Positions 9,323-19,080 are shown, numbered from the stretch's first letter. The stretch: 64,000 nt of DNA from Candidatus Brocadia carolinensis (GCA_002009475.1 AYTS01000035.1:4710-68709), one strand, 5' to 3'. Notes: generated from the letters alone by a model not told the origin. Made by a program: numbers and translations.

Positions 9323-10912
9323 TTATTGCATTATCGAATATACAAGATTCATATTTATATTTTCGCGAACAACATTGGCTAATTCATCATATTTGCACTC
9401 TTTTAACGCCTTAAAATATGCATGACGACCATTCGATGGGTTTAGTCCTTTTTTACGCCTCAGATACTCAATCAGCCTTGATCGGAACTCGTCGTTATCG
9501 AAGATGCCGTGTATATAGGTGCCCAGCACATGGCCATCGGCAGAAACACAACCGTCCATGATATCTACTGCCTTTCCTGCTCGTTCAGTAATCCTTGCGA
9601 AGGGTTTCATAGAATGATGTTCGCTAAATATCGTATCTCCCATGTGAATCTCATAGCCCGATAACTCACCAGTTACCGGAAATAAATTTTCATGTTCAAG
9701 CATCTGTGCCTTTACCTGATAGGTCTGTTTTTCCCGGGCAAAGGTAGTTACGGTGTTCAGCAAACCTAATCCCTGGATGCCGCCTTTTGATGATTCCACA
9801 TGAAGGGGGTCGTTGATCTCTCGTCCCAGCATCTGGTATCCGCCGCAAATACCGATAATCATGGTTCCGCGCAATGACAGATTTTTAACCTCTTCGGCAA
9901 TAGCTCTTTCTTCCAAAAACAGGAAATCCCCAATAGTATTTTTTGTGCCGGGGATAATAAGCAAGTCTGGTTTGCCAATGTCTTTGGCCTTGTCCACAAA
10001 TCTTACCCTCACGTCTTTTTCATGAACAAAAATATTGAAATCGGTAAAATTTGATATACGGGGTAATTTGATTACTACAATATCGACGAAAGAAACCGGG
10101 AGTTGGGAGTCGGGAGGCAAGTGCTTGTCTCCTGTATTCCGATCCCTGACCCCTGACTCCTGACCCCAATCATTGCCGTCCGAATACTCAAGAGAAACAG
10201 AATCTTCATCGTCGATGCTGAGGTTATGAATATAGGGAATTACCCCCACTACCGGTTTGTTGATACGGCCCTCCAGCATGTCTAATCCGGGCTTTAAAAT
10301 GCCTTTGTCTCCCCGGAATTTATTAAACACAATGCCCTTTACCCGATCTCTCTCAGATGCTGTTAACAATTCTAATGTCCCGACAATCCATGCAAAGGCG
10401 CCACCCCGGTCTATATCAGTGACCAACAACACCGGAGCTGATGCCAGCTCCGCCATACCCATATTGACGATATCACCGTCCTTGAGGTTTATCTCGGCAG
10501 GACTGCCTGCCCCCTCAATAACAATAATGTCGAAGTGATTTTTTAGGGTATGGTAAGCTTCTTTTATGATGGAAACGAAGTCGCCCTTTTTCTGGTAATA
10601 CTCCCTGGCAGTCATATTCCCGATCGGTTTACCCATGATAACGACCTGTGAGCCAGTGTCGCCGGTGGGTTTCAGAAGTATGGGGTTCATCTCGACCATG
10701 GGTTCGATTCCCGCCGCCTCGGCCTGAGCGACCTGTGCCCGTCCCATTTCCCTCCCGTCTTTTGTCACAAAGGAATTCAGTGCCATATTCTGGGCTTTAA
10801 ACGGGGCGACCCGGTAACCGTCCTGTTTCAGGATACGGCAGAGGGCGCAGACCAGGATGCTCTTGCCCACATGCGAACCTGTTCCCTGTACCATAATGGA
10901 TCTGTTTTTCAT
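9323..10912 (-). CDS. cobQ: Cobyric acid synthase
   Basis: N-terminal CobQ/CobB-type NTP-binding domain (IMVQGTGSHVGKS, FKAQNMALNS) plus a C-terminal GATase1-like domain (GICGGYQMLG, GTYIHGIFDND). Confidence 0.9.
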   Translation of the reverse strand: MKNRSIMVQGTGSHVGKSILVCALCRILKQDGYRVAPFKAQNMALNSFVTKDGREMGRAQVAQAEAAGIEPMVEMNPILLKPTGDTGSQVVIMGKPIGNMTAREYYQKKGDFVSIIKEAYHTLKNHFDIIVIEGAGSPAEINLKDGDIVNMGMAELASAPVLLVTDIDRGGAFAWIVGTLELLTASERDRVKGIVFNKFRGDKGILKPGLDMLEGRINKPVVGVIPYIHNLSIDDEDSVSLEYSDGNDWGQESGVRDRNTGDKHLPPDSQLPVSFVDIVVIKLPRISNFTDFNIFVHEKDVRVRFVDKAKDIGKPDLLIIPGTKNTIGDFLFLEERAIAEEVKNLSLRGTMIIGICGGYQMLGREINDPLHVESSKGGIQGLGLLNTVTTFAREKQTYQVKAQMLEHENLFPVTGELSGYEIHMGDTIFSEHHSMKPFARITERAGKAVDIMDGCVSADGHVLGTYIHGIFDNDEFRSRLIEYLRRKKGLNPSNGRHAYFKALKECKYDELANVVRENINMNLVYSIMQ

Positions 10913-10933
10913 GAATTAGCAGTAACCACAGAT

Positions 10934-11052
10934 TTCATAGCGCAGCAAAGCCGCACCCAATTCTCCGTTGAGAAAGCGGGAGATTGCTCCGGAAAAAACC
11001 CTCGCAATGACACAGGCTATGCCTTTGATGACATTTGTGCGCTGTCATTGCG
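10934..11052 (+). repeat. Dispersed ~120-nt repeat, family R1, copy 1 (abuts the cobQ start)
   Basis: ttcatagcgcagcaaagccgcacccaattctccgttgagaaagcgggagattgct.cgg...ctcgcaatgacac.ggctatgc.tttgat.acat... recurs at 34984-35101 (same strand) and 49908-50027 (reverse complement). Confidence 0.85.
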
Positions 11053-11245
11053 AGCGAAGCGAAGTTATCCCACGAAAAAGATTGCTTCGGGCTAACGCCC
11101 TCGCAATTACAACTTTCCTTAAGCGTTTACGATATGGTAAACAGCGCAAACAAATTAACACCCTATCAGCAGAATGTCATTCCCACGAAAGTGGGAATCC
11201 AGGAAATAAGCGGAAAGTATAAATACCGGCTTTCGCGGGAATGAC
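11044..11245. repeat. Two REP/MITE-like inverted-repeat hairpin units
   Basis: gtcattgcgagcgaagcgaag...gattgcttcgggc...ctcgcaattac (11044-11110) and gtcattcccacgaaagtgggaatcc...ggctttcgcgggaatgac (11176-11245). The same motif classes occur at 36606, 49861 and 58694. Confidence 0.75.
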
Positions 11246-11259
11246 AGGGAATTGAATAG

Positions 11260-12320
11260 CTACATAATTTTTTGTAATGTGCTAACAAGCATTATATTTT
11301 CTTCCCGTGTTCTCACCGCTACTCGGAAAAACTTATTATTAAGACCTGTAAAGTTGGAACAATCACGTATGGCAACGCCATGTTCCAGCAATTGTTCGCG
11401 TAACAAAGGAGAAGTCATCCCGTCTCTCTTTATTTTGATAAAGATATAATTAGCCGTTGGTTGGTAAGGCAAAAGCCCCGGGATATTGGACAATTCAGTG
11501 AATAGATACAATCGCTCTTGTAACATAAATGCTCTGCTTCGGGAAATGAACTCTCCGTCTTCCAGTGCAACCATGGCGGCATGTTGAGCAAAGGTATTTA
11601 CCGACCATGGTTCCTTATATTCCATCAATTTTTTTGCTACATCTGGCGGGGCCACAAGGTATCCTATTCTTAAACCAGGGAAGCCGTAAAATTTTGTAAG
11701 CGACCGGACCACAATCAAATTGCCCGTGGTGCCTGTCTCGCCGATAACACTGTATTTCCCTGGTTCATCAACAAAATCGATAAATGCCTCATCCACGACG
11801 AACATGATATGGGGATGTTGTCGTGCCATATGGAGGACAACGGACTTTTCAACCAGTTGCCCCGTCGGGTTATTTGGATTGCAGAAGAAGACCATCTCTG
11901 CTTTTTTGTCGTGAAAATAGTTTGCTGAATAGGTGAAGCAAAAATTGTTTTCCTCTTTCAGGATATTATTAAGCACTTCCGCGTGACTGGATTTCAATGC
12001 CTCAGCAAATTCACTGAAGGTGGGCTGGAAAACAATCCCTTTCTTCGGTCTTAGTGCGCGAGGGATTAAGTAAAACAACTCTGTGGAGCCGTTTCCTACA
12101 ATGATTTCATCCTCAGCATGTCCAATCTTCTGTGAAATAGCTTTTCTTAGTCCGGTGCAATCAATGTCGGGATAATGCAGAATGTCATCAAAATTATCCC
12201 CTATAACTTTCCTGACTTTTTCCGGGTACCCAGGGGATTGATGCTTGCGCTAAAGTCGAGGATGCCGTTACTTCCCTGCTTAAGAATATGTTTTATGTTC
12301 CCGCCATGACCTGCAAACAT
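11260..12320 (-). pseudogene. cobD: L-threonine-O-3-phosphate decarboxylase (CobD/CobC aminotransferase family), frameshifted near 12227
   Basis: ORF 11260..12078 is the class I/II aminotransferase body (FFCNPNNPTGQ, VVDEAFIDF, SLTKFYGFPGLRIGY). Upstream, from ATG 12320, MFAGHGGNIKHILKQGSNGILDFSASINPLG runs into a stop. Adding one base (ggt[t]acccg) gives ..NPLGYPEKVRKVIGDNFDDILHYPDIDCTGLRKAISQKIGHAEDEIIVGNGSTELFYLIPRAL.. continuous with the ORF. Confidence 0.8.
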
Positions 12321-12326
12321 GATCTT

Positions 12327-13181
12327 TTAGTAAATATTTTCCTTTGTAAATGCTCCATTGAGTCTGTGTATCAAAAATCTTCTTGCTTCTCCCACCGTAA
12401 GAGGTAGGCTGTCCATAGGAAGATTATCTTCGTCTCTTAAGATTTGCATTAATTGGGCAACCTGCGGAAGTTCCAGACAGGCATGCTGTATTTCTTCGAT
12501 ATTTGAAAAGACCTCTTCCGGCGTACCTGTCTTCAGGATATTGCCGTGATACATAATTGCCAGACGATCCATATACACGGGAACTAATTCTACCGTGTTG
12601 GTTGCCATAATGACGGTAATACGGTGCCTGCCGTTCAACTCTTTCAGCAGATTCATGATGGCGGTAACACCGGCCGGATCAAGGCCGCAGGTGGGTTCAT
12701 CCAGAACAAGTATTTCGGGTTTCATTGCAAGGACTCCTGCAATGCAAACTCGCTTCTTTTGCCCAAAACTCAAGGCATCTATGGTCTTGTTGGCATAATG
12801 CCCCATATTGACCAGGGACAACGCTTCATCCACCCGGCAGGCAATCTCATTCCTTAACAAACCAAGATTCATGGGCCCGAAGGCTACATCTTCCCAAACT
12901 GTCGGCGCAAACAACTGATCATTTGGGTCCTGGAATACGAAACCCACTTTTTGAAATATGGTTTTCGGTGGATAGTGGGCAAAAGGCTTTTGCTCCAGCG
13001 TGATTTCTCCGTCCGTCGGCTTTAGTAAACCATTGAGGTGCTTTAGCAGGGTTGTCTTTCCTGACCCATTAGGGCCAAGGAGGGCTAAAAATTCGCCTCT
13101 CTTGATATTGAGAGAAACGCCCCTTAATGCATACGTTCCGTCATGATACCGGTATTGAATATTTCTGACCTGCAGGATCAC
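12327..13181 (-). CDS. cbiO: Cobalt ECF/ABC transporter ATPase
   Basis: Walker A GPNGSGKTT, signature LSFGQKKR and Walker B ILVLDEP. The likely GTG start at 13181 overlaps the cbiQ stop (GTGA). The longer ORF-track start at 13292 lies inside cbiQ. Confidence 0.85.
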   Translation of the reverse strand: MILQVRNIQYRYHDGTYALRGVSLNIKRGEFLALLGPNGSGKTTLLKHLNGLLKPTDGEITLEQKPFAHYPPKTIFQKVGFVFQDPNDQLFAPTVWEDVAFGPMNLGLLRNEIACRVDEALSLVNMGHYANKTIDALSFGQKKRVCIAGVLAMKPEILVLDEPTCGLDPAGVTAIMNLLKELNGRHRITVIMATNTVELVPVYMDRLAIMYHGNILKTGTPEEVFSNIEEIQHACLELPQVAQLMQILRDEDNLPMDSLPLTVGEARRFLIHRLNGAFTKENIY

Positions 13182-13966
13182 CAGAGACCTAGACCTCCCA
13201 TGTAAATAAGGATGGGTGTGATAAGAACCATTCCCAGGAAAAAGATATATTCCTTTCTCCTCCATGGTGACAAGGCAACCGTTAAGATGCAACCGCCTTC
13301 ATAACCTCTGACATACATTGCTTCATAAGTCCGCTCCGCCCTGTCAAACGCACGTATAATAAGGGTTCCGCACAATAAGCCTAATGATGGTATCATTTTT
13401 CTCCACGAGGTATGGCCCAGACGCGATTTCTGGGCAATCCACATGGTGGCTACTTCATCTACGAACAGGAAAATATACCGGTACATAAATGCCATCAGTT
13501 CGACAAGGGTGTTTGGTACGCGAAACCAGGTAAGACCGGCACAGAGCCGGCTTATGGTCGTTGTAAAAGAAAAGGTAATTACTAATGAAATACCCCCCAG
13601 TACCTTGCTGCCGGTATGAAGTCCGCAGAAGAACCCTTCTTCTCTGAAGACGAGTTTGTATCTCAGAATTGAAGCTGAAAACCACACCCGTTCACCCTCG
13701 TGCATACTCTTCATGAGTAAGATGAGAATTGCAAATATCAGGGGCAGAGACATGCTTCGGAGGATTGCCATGAAAGGGATTCTTATGGAAAAGAGGAGGA
13801 TCGAAGATACAGAGAAAAAGAACAATGGAACAGATACGTTCTTTGCCCATAGATTTATGGAAAGGAGTGAAATGACATAAAGCATCTTTACTCTTACGTC
13901 AATCCTTGTTAGCCAATTATTTTGGCGGGCATATACATCTGAAAATGTGCGGTGTAAGAAATCCAT
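13178..13966 (-). CDS. cbiQ: Cobalt ECF transporter transmembrane (T) component
   Basis: 262 aa and polytopic. It sits between cbiN and cbiO, and has a CbiQ/EcfT-type C-terminal region (..IAQKSRLG.....RAFDRAERTYEAMYVRGY). Confidence 0.8.
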   Translation of the reverse strand: MDFLHRTFSDVYARQNNWLTRIDVRVKMLYVISLLSINLWAKNVSVPLFFFSVSSILLFSIRIPFMAILRSMSLPLIFAILILLMKSMHEGERVWFSASILRYKLVFREEGFFCGLHTGSKVLGGISLVITFSFTTTISRLCAGLTWFRVPNTLVELMAFMYRYIFLFVDEVATMWIAQKSRLGHTSWRKMIPSLGLLCGTLIIRAFDRAERTYEAMYVRGYEGGCILTVALSPWRRKEYIFFLGMVLITPILIYMGGLGLW

Positions 13967-14029
13967 AGGGTTTTTTAATCTTGCAGTTACTTTTGTGCCG
14001 TTTTCCTTTTTAAAATGAATCCTGATTAT

Positions 14030-14362
14030 CTATTTTTCGTAGAAAAGTCTTCGCACATTAAATCCAATGACAAATCCACCAATAACCCCAGCAAGAGTAA
14101 ATACAAAGAGAAGCAGGTCCCCCTGATCGGTGTTAATATAAGGGTCACGCGGTGGATGTCCGTATTGTGATGCATATTTACCTACAATGCTTACATCAAT
14201 ACCCGTCCATGCCCCTTCTTCCTGTGTTTGTATTACTGGTGCGTTAGTTTTGTGCGTAGTATCTTCTGCAAATGATAATAACGATGCGGGAAAAAATACC
14301 GATATGACAAGGGTAATAAAAGGGATGATAGCTAACTTACGTCTCGATGGATTTCGTGTCAT
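14030..14362 (-). CDS. cbiN: Cobalt transport protein CbiN
   Basis: 110 aa with two TM helices. The loop and second TM align with my recall of Salmonella CbiN (..QY......Y....G....LLF.L.G..G..VIG...G). Its position between cbiM and cbiQ fits. Confidence 0.65.
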   Translation of the reverse strand: MTRNPSRRKLAIIPFITLVISVFFPASLLSFAEDTTHKTNAPVIQTQEEGAWTGIDVSIVGKYASQYGHPPRDPYINTDQGDLLLFVFTLAGVIGGFVIGFNVRRLFYEK

Positions 14363-15137
14363 CTCTGATTACTCCAAGGTTGAATAAAATGCCCGGACGT
14401 CGTTTGTAAATAAAGACCATCACGAATCCCACTACCGCACCTTCAACAATGCAGAGGACGCCCTGTGAGGTCATCATAAAAACCCCAAAGATTTCCGCAG
14501 TAGCTTTCAAGAAAGACCCGCCTTTGTTAATTACGAGAAGTCCCAGCTCAATGGACGTGCCTAAATAGGTAAATAAATCAGAAATCGTACCGGCAAGGAA
14601 TCCGCACCAAAACAGTGGCAATTTACATCGCTGAGCTATTTTAAAGGCAAAATAACCTGAAAATGACCCCAGGATGCCCATAGAGAATATATTTCCACCG
14701 AGCGTAGTCAATCCGCCATGGGCAAGGAATAATGCCTGGATGAGTAAGGCAATGCCTGCTACCAGCACGCTGACAAAAGGTCCCAGCAACACAGCGCTCA
14801 TGCCCGTGCCGCAAGGATGGGAAGTAGCCATTCCATTCAGGGCAATTACGGGAATGGGAAAACAGGAAAATACAAATACCGCCGCTCCCAGCATGCCTAC
14901 CAAAGGCAGATAGCTTGGTACAGCTCTCTTCTTTCGTTTTAAATGATATATTCCAATTCCCACAAAGGGGGCCGATACAGCAAACCACACAGCAACCCAC
15001 TGAGGGGGTAAAATCCCCTCAGTTATATGCATTGCATATGCTCTGTTTGCCGCTGCAAAAAACAACACCAATGCCAAAGAAAGTATGGTTACTATTCTGG
15101 ACAACGTATCTCCTTTATCAAAATAAAAAAAACCCAT
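14337..15137 (-). CDS. cbiM: Cobalt ECF transporter substrate-capture component CbiM
   Basis: A signal peptide ending ..ANRAYA is followed by MHITEGILPPQW, the mature CbiM/NikM N-terminus motif MHIxEG. There are 6-7 TM helices. Confidence 0.85.
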   Translation of the reverse strand: MGFFYFDKGDTLSRIVTILSLALVLFFAAANRAYAMHITEGILPPQWVAVWFAVSAPFVGIGIYHLKRKKRAVPSYLPLVGMLGAAVFVFSCFPIPVIALNGMATSHPCGTGMSAVLLGPFVSVLVAGIALLIQALFLAHGGLTTLGGNIFSMGILGSFSGYFAFKIAQRCKLPLFWCGFLAGTISDLFTYLGTSIELGLLVINKGGSFLKATAEIFGVFMMTSQGVLCIVEGAVVGFVMVFIYKRRPGILFNLGVIRDDTKSIET

Positions 15138-15394
15138 GTCTCCGATAGGAATGACATGGGTTTTGGGAAAACTTTTTGACTACAGAATTCTCTGTGCCGC
15201 AGATAAAATATTTAGCCGAATTGCTGAAAAAGGCACTGAGAAATCAGGAAGAACGAGAGGCCAATTCGTTTTGTGTTTCTCTGAAAACCACGGCATTAGT
15301 TGCCGGGATTTAATTGGCACAACAAATCTTCTTCTTTCTCAGAATCATCTGCGAAATCTGTGCTTATGAGTATCCTTCACCTTCTTTACCATCG

Positions 15395-15595
15395 AAGACA
15401 ACGTGAAGCAACTACAGGCAGGTCTTCTGGCTTCCGGATCATTCTACTGGTCACCCCTTCCCGCCTTATTAGGATAGGCAGTGGCATTGTGATGTTCGTT
15501 CCCGGTTACAGCGGTGGGTCCGCTCCTTGTCTCGTGTGTCTGCGAAACATGGATTCCCTTTTATCGCCCGCATTTTTGCGGGAGAATTACCTGTA
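15395..15595 (-). promoter_or_regulatory. Cobalamin riboswitch upstream of cbiMNQO
   Basis: Minus strand: hairpin CUCCCGCAAAAAUGCGGG, then AUAAAAGGGAAUCCAUG ... GGACCCACCGCUGUAACCGGGAACGAAC ... UGCCACUG ... GGCGGGAAGGGGUGACCAGUAGAAUGAUCCGGAAGCCAGAAGACCUGCCUG (B12 box). Confidence 0.8.
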
Positions 15596-15816
15596 ATCGA
15601 TCTTATTGAAAAAGAACTAAGGTACTAAAAACATGCCGATTCTACTTTAAATAATGGGTAATTGTCAACCGAATTGTTTTTTATTGAAAGGAGCCTGATA
15701 AACAACACATACTTGCTCATTTTTCCTTTGATTCTCCGGCATAAGAAATATACAATACCGCTCTGATGTTCATTTGGGATTTCGGCTTTTAGGCAATTTT
15801 CGCGAAAAAGGGGGAT

Positions 15817-16980
15817 ATGATTCAGATGAGATTAAAAAGGACCGTCTATCCGTTTTTTCTTCTTATGGCAATGATTGTCATTATCATGGGATCAGGCTGT
15901 GCTATGTTTAAGAAAAGACCTCACCTTGTGCCGAAGGAAGCCGGAGATACCCTTGTAGAAATTACCGATCCCACGCAATTTCCTCAATTTCAAGACGACT
16001 ACAGCCGGGACTCCCTTTTGCAATCGATTGATAACAGTCTTGACTATTTTAAGAGAGTCAAGGCTAATCCGTATGGTTTTCATATGACAGATTTTTCCCA
16101 TGAAAATCTGGAAAATTCCTTAAAATTCTTTCGGGAAGGTTTTCAGCGTTGCAGAGGCACGGAGGAGATTAACGATTTTATCGCAAAAAACTTCCGGGTG
16201 TTTCAGGCCATAGGAAACGATTATGAAGGCCAGGTGCATTTTACCGGCTATGGAACGCCCATCTACGATGGAAGTCTCACGCCAACCGGAGAATTCCGTT
16301 ATCCCATCTATAAAATACCGCCAGACTTTAGAAAACCTTATTATACACGGCGTGAGATCGAGGAACGTAACCTCTTGAAAGGACTCGAAATTGCCTATCT
16401 CAAATCCAAGCTGGACGCTTATCTTATCCATGTTCAGGGGTCAGGACAACTCAGATTGCCATCGGGAGAGATGGTATATGTGGGATACGGAGCAGATTCG
16501 GGACACAAATACAACAGTATCGGACGCATGCTGGTCATGGATGGAAAGATTCCTGAAGAGGAATTAACGCTGTCTACCCTTATCAGCTACTTTAATCAAC
16601 ATCCCAACGAGCTGGATTATTATCTCAGGAAAAACGATAGGTTTATCTTTTTCAAAAGGGTAAATTACTCTACTCCTTATGGTTCCATTGGGGTACCCGT
16701 CACCGCGATGAGGAGTATTGCTACTGACAAGAAAGTCTTTCCGGCGGGCGGACTTGCTTTTGCTGTTATTGAACCAAGGAAGGCAAAGAAGACCTGGAAG
16801 TTTTGGGAGAAGGGGGAGAGTGGGTCGAAGAAATCCTTCTTCGTTTTAGACCAGGATACCGGCAGTGCTATCCAATCGCCGGCCAGAGCTGATGTCTATT
16901 TCGGAATCGGAGATCAGGCTATGCTGGAGGCGGGGAGCTTAAATACCTATGGTCAACTTTACTATTTCCTGAAAAGGTAG
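15817..16980 (+). CDS. mltA: Membrane-bound lytic murein transglycosylase A
   Basis: Signal/lipobox-like N-terminus (IIMGSGCAMF). MltA-specific and 3D-domain motifs are present (IHVQGSGQLRLPSGE, YNSIGRML, SIATDKKVFPAGG, VLDQDTGSAIQSPARADVYFGIGDQA). Confidence 0.85.
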   Translation: MIQMRLKRTVYPFFLLMAMIVIIMGSGCAMFKKRPHLVPKEAGDTLVEITDPTQFPQFQDDYSRDSLLQSIDNSLDYFKRVKANPYGFHMTDFSHENLENSLKFFREGFQRCRGTEEINDFIAKNFRVFQAIGNDYEGQVHFTGYGTPIYDGSLTPTGEFRYPIYKIPPDFRKPYYTRREIEERNLLKGLEIAYLKSKLDAYLIHVQGSGQLRLPSGEMVYVGYGADSGHKYNSIGRMLVMDGKIPEEELTLSTLISYFNQHPNELDYYLRKNDRFIFFKRVNYSTPYGSIGVPVTAMRSIATDKKVFPAGGLAFAVIEPRKAKKTWKFWEKGESGSKKSFFVLDQDTGSAIQSPARADVYFGIGDQAMLEAGSLNTYGQLYYFLKR

Positions 16981-17047
16981 GAGGTGTTTTCTATGCCAAC
17001 CAGTTTCGGAACAGTCTCTGGGAGGCGGAAAAAATAGCAAATTTTTC

Positions 17048-17076
17048 TTGACAACTGTCCGTAATAAATATATTAA
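17048..17076 (+). promoter_or_regulatory. Sigma-70-like promoter (TTGACA-N17-TATTAA)
   Basis: TTGACA at 17048-17053, a 17-nt spacer, then TATTAA at 17071-17076, in the intergenic region after mltA. Confidence 0.45.
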
Positions 17077-17163
17077 TATAGTACGATAAAGGTAAACTCT
17101 GAGTGATCAGGGGGCGCAAATGAAAGGATCTTTGTATAAATAGTGAGATTGTGAATAAAAGAT

Positions 17164-17210
17164 AGCCTTACTGCCGAAGAACTCTGTATCTTAGCAGTAA
17201 GGCTTTTTTC
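17164..17210 (+). terminator. Intrinsic terminator
   Basis: Perfect 11-bp stem agccttactgc / gcagtaaggct with a 19-nt loop, followed by a T6 run. Confidence 0.7.
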
Positions 17211-17365
17211 ACTAAGAACGAAAATAGCTTTGCGTGTCCCTCAAAATTTTATAGTTATGCATAAAAGGTAGAGAACAGCTGCATCGGCAGCAACAGAGTC
17301 GTTGTAGTGTTGGGAAGGGAGATGACTCTTTAAAAGGGTATGTGTTTTTTAGAAAGGAGGAATAG

Positions 17366-18986
17366 ATGAGGTTGAGAAATAGTATGTATAAAGTGTTAGG
17401 TATTTCAGTTTTTTTTGGCGTTTACGCTTTACGGTTGTGGGATGTTCAAGTATGAAGCTGGGGTGGAACATGATAAACCGCCTTACTATCACGGACATGT
17501 TGAAAAGGAACCACCAGAAAGACACATGCGTTCGCACGTACATGAACCAGCACCAGAACCACCAAAGTCAGATATGTGCACTGCAGATTTGGCTGATCCA
17601 ACAAATGAGAAGGATTGTTGCAGTGTTATCTATCTGCAAAAAATGGGGCCATGTAGCGGGAGTGTTGGTGAGGAGTATTGCTATGTTATAAAAGTTACGA
17701 ACCTTACCAATAAAAAAGTGGAAGACGTTGAAGTTACGGAAACCCTGCCAGGTAATTTTTCAGTAAAAAATTCAACACCTGAAATGGGACCAGGAAGCAC
17801 CGCTAGTGTGGCAAAATGGTTTTTAGGTGAGATGGCGCCACAGGAAACGAGAGAAATTAAGGTATGCGGTATTCCAACGCAAAGCGGACACATGCCGTTC
17901 TGCGCCAAAGTAGCGTATAACTTACCAGGGGCATGTATTGACCCAATCATCACAGAGCCGAAGCTGACTATCGCAAAGAGTGCACCGGCGGAGGTTTCTC
18001 TCTGTGACGTAATTCCTATAACCTTTACGGTTACAAATACCGGTACGGGCGTGGCAAATAATATTAAGGTTAAGGAGGTCTTACCGGATGGATTGCAGAC
18101 GCAGGACGGCCAAACCGACGTGACTTTAGATGTTGGCTCATTACATCCAGGAGAGTCGAGGGATGTTGCCCTGACGGCAAAAGCTGTAAAAACCGGAGAG
18201 TTTAAAAACACTGCCACGGCGGTTGCCGATGGAAATTTGAGCGCAGAATCCAATACAACCACAACGGTTGTAAGGCAACCAGTACTTGCCATCACCAAAG
18301 TGGCTAGTAACGATAAGGTGTTTTTAGGACGCCACATTTCATATGATATTGTGGTAACCAATCAGGGTGATGGTCCGGCGACATCAACCGTAGTTGAAGA
18401 TACCGTACCGAATAATGCGTCGGTAGTAAACGCCAGCCAGGGTGCCACATTGTTGGGTAGCACGGTTACATGGAATGTTGGAACCATACAACCGCAAGAT
18501 TCGCAGAAACTTACTTTGACTCTGAATCCCACCGGTTTAGGTACCGTAAAAAACATGGTAGTAGCAAGGGCTACCTGCGCTGAAGCTGTTTCAGCGGAGA
18601 CGACAACCGAAGTATTAGGTATTCCTGCAATACTGCTCGAGGTAATCGATGAGAATGATCCGATCGAGGTCGGTGGCAACGAAGATTATAAGATCATTGT
18701 AACCAATCAGGGTTCAGACACCGGCACCAATATCAAAGTAACCTGCGTGCTCGAGGATGAAATGCAGTATGTATCATCTTCAGGACCGACAACGGGAAGT
18801 GTTTCTGCTGATGGCAAGACGGTAACCTTTGAACCATTACCAACGCTTGCTTCAAAAGCAAATGCTACCTGGAAGGTCGTAGTAAAGGCATTGAGCGAGG
18901 GAGACGTACGCTTCAAGGTTATTATGACAGAGGATTGCCTGAAGAGACCAGTTGAAGAGACCGAGGCTACAAACTTCTACGACTAA
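17366..18986 (+). CDS. DUF11-repeat envelope lipoprotein, OmcB-like (paralogue 1); frameshifted as assembled at T8 17409-17416
   Basis: SD AAGGAGG at 17354-17360 and ATG at 17366. Deleting one T gives MRLRNSMYKVLGISVFLAFTLYGCGMF (lipobox). It has a His-rich segment (HGHVEKEPPERHMRSHVHEP), then about 4 repeats of roughly 110 aa of the type ...Y.I.VTN.G...A.NV.V.D.LP.G......G. The C-terminus is ..GPTTGSVSADGKTVTFEPLPTLASKANATWKVVVKALSEGDVRFKV...EATNFYD. Confidence 0.8.
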
Positions 18987-19080
18987 TCTTCTCGTGATCA
19001 AGATGGTAACGAGATAATCATGAAGAGATAAGGAGTTCCATCTACTTCATGGTTGACTTGGTTTGGTAATTCAAAAGAAG

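Noticed and set aside
10871-11449. Small ORFs 10871..11095, 10968..11222, 11035..11244 and 11252..11449 (for example ..CHCERSEVIPRKRLL..).
   Set aside because: They are read-throughs of the palindromic repeat units (R1 and REP-like hairpins) or antisense to cobD. The same peptides would arise at every repeat copy.
17681-18916. Long minus-strand ORFs (17681..18361, 18362..18679, 18707..18916), and the analogous ones at 19710-20759.
   Set aside because: They are antisense to the DUF11 repeat genes. Their S/T/V/P-rich composition mirrors the sense-strand T/V/G/N repeats, and they have no starts with an RBS.
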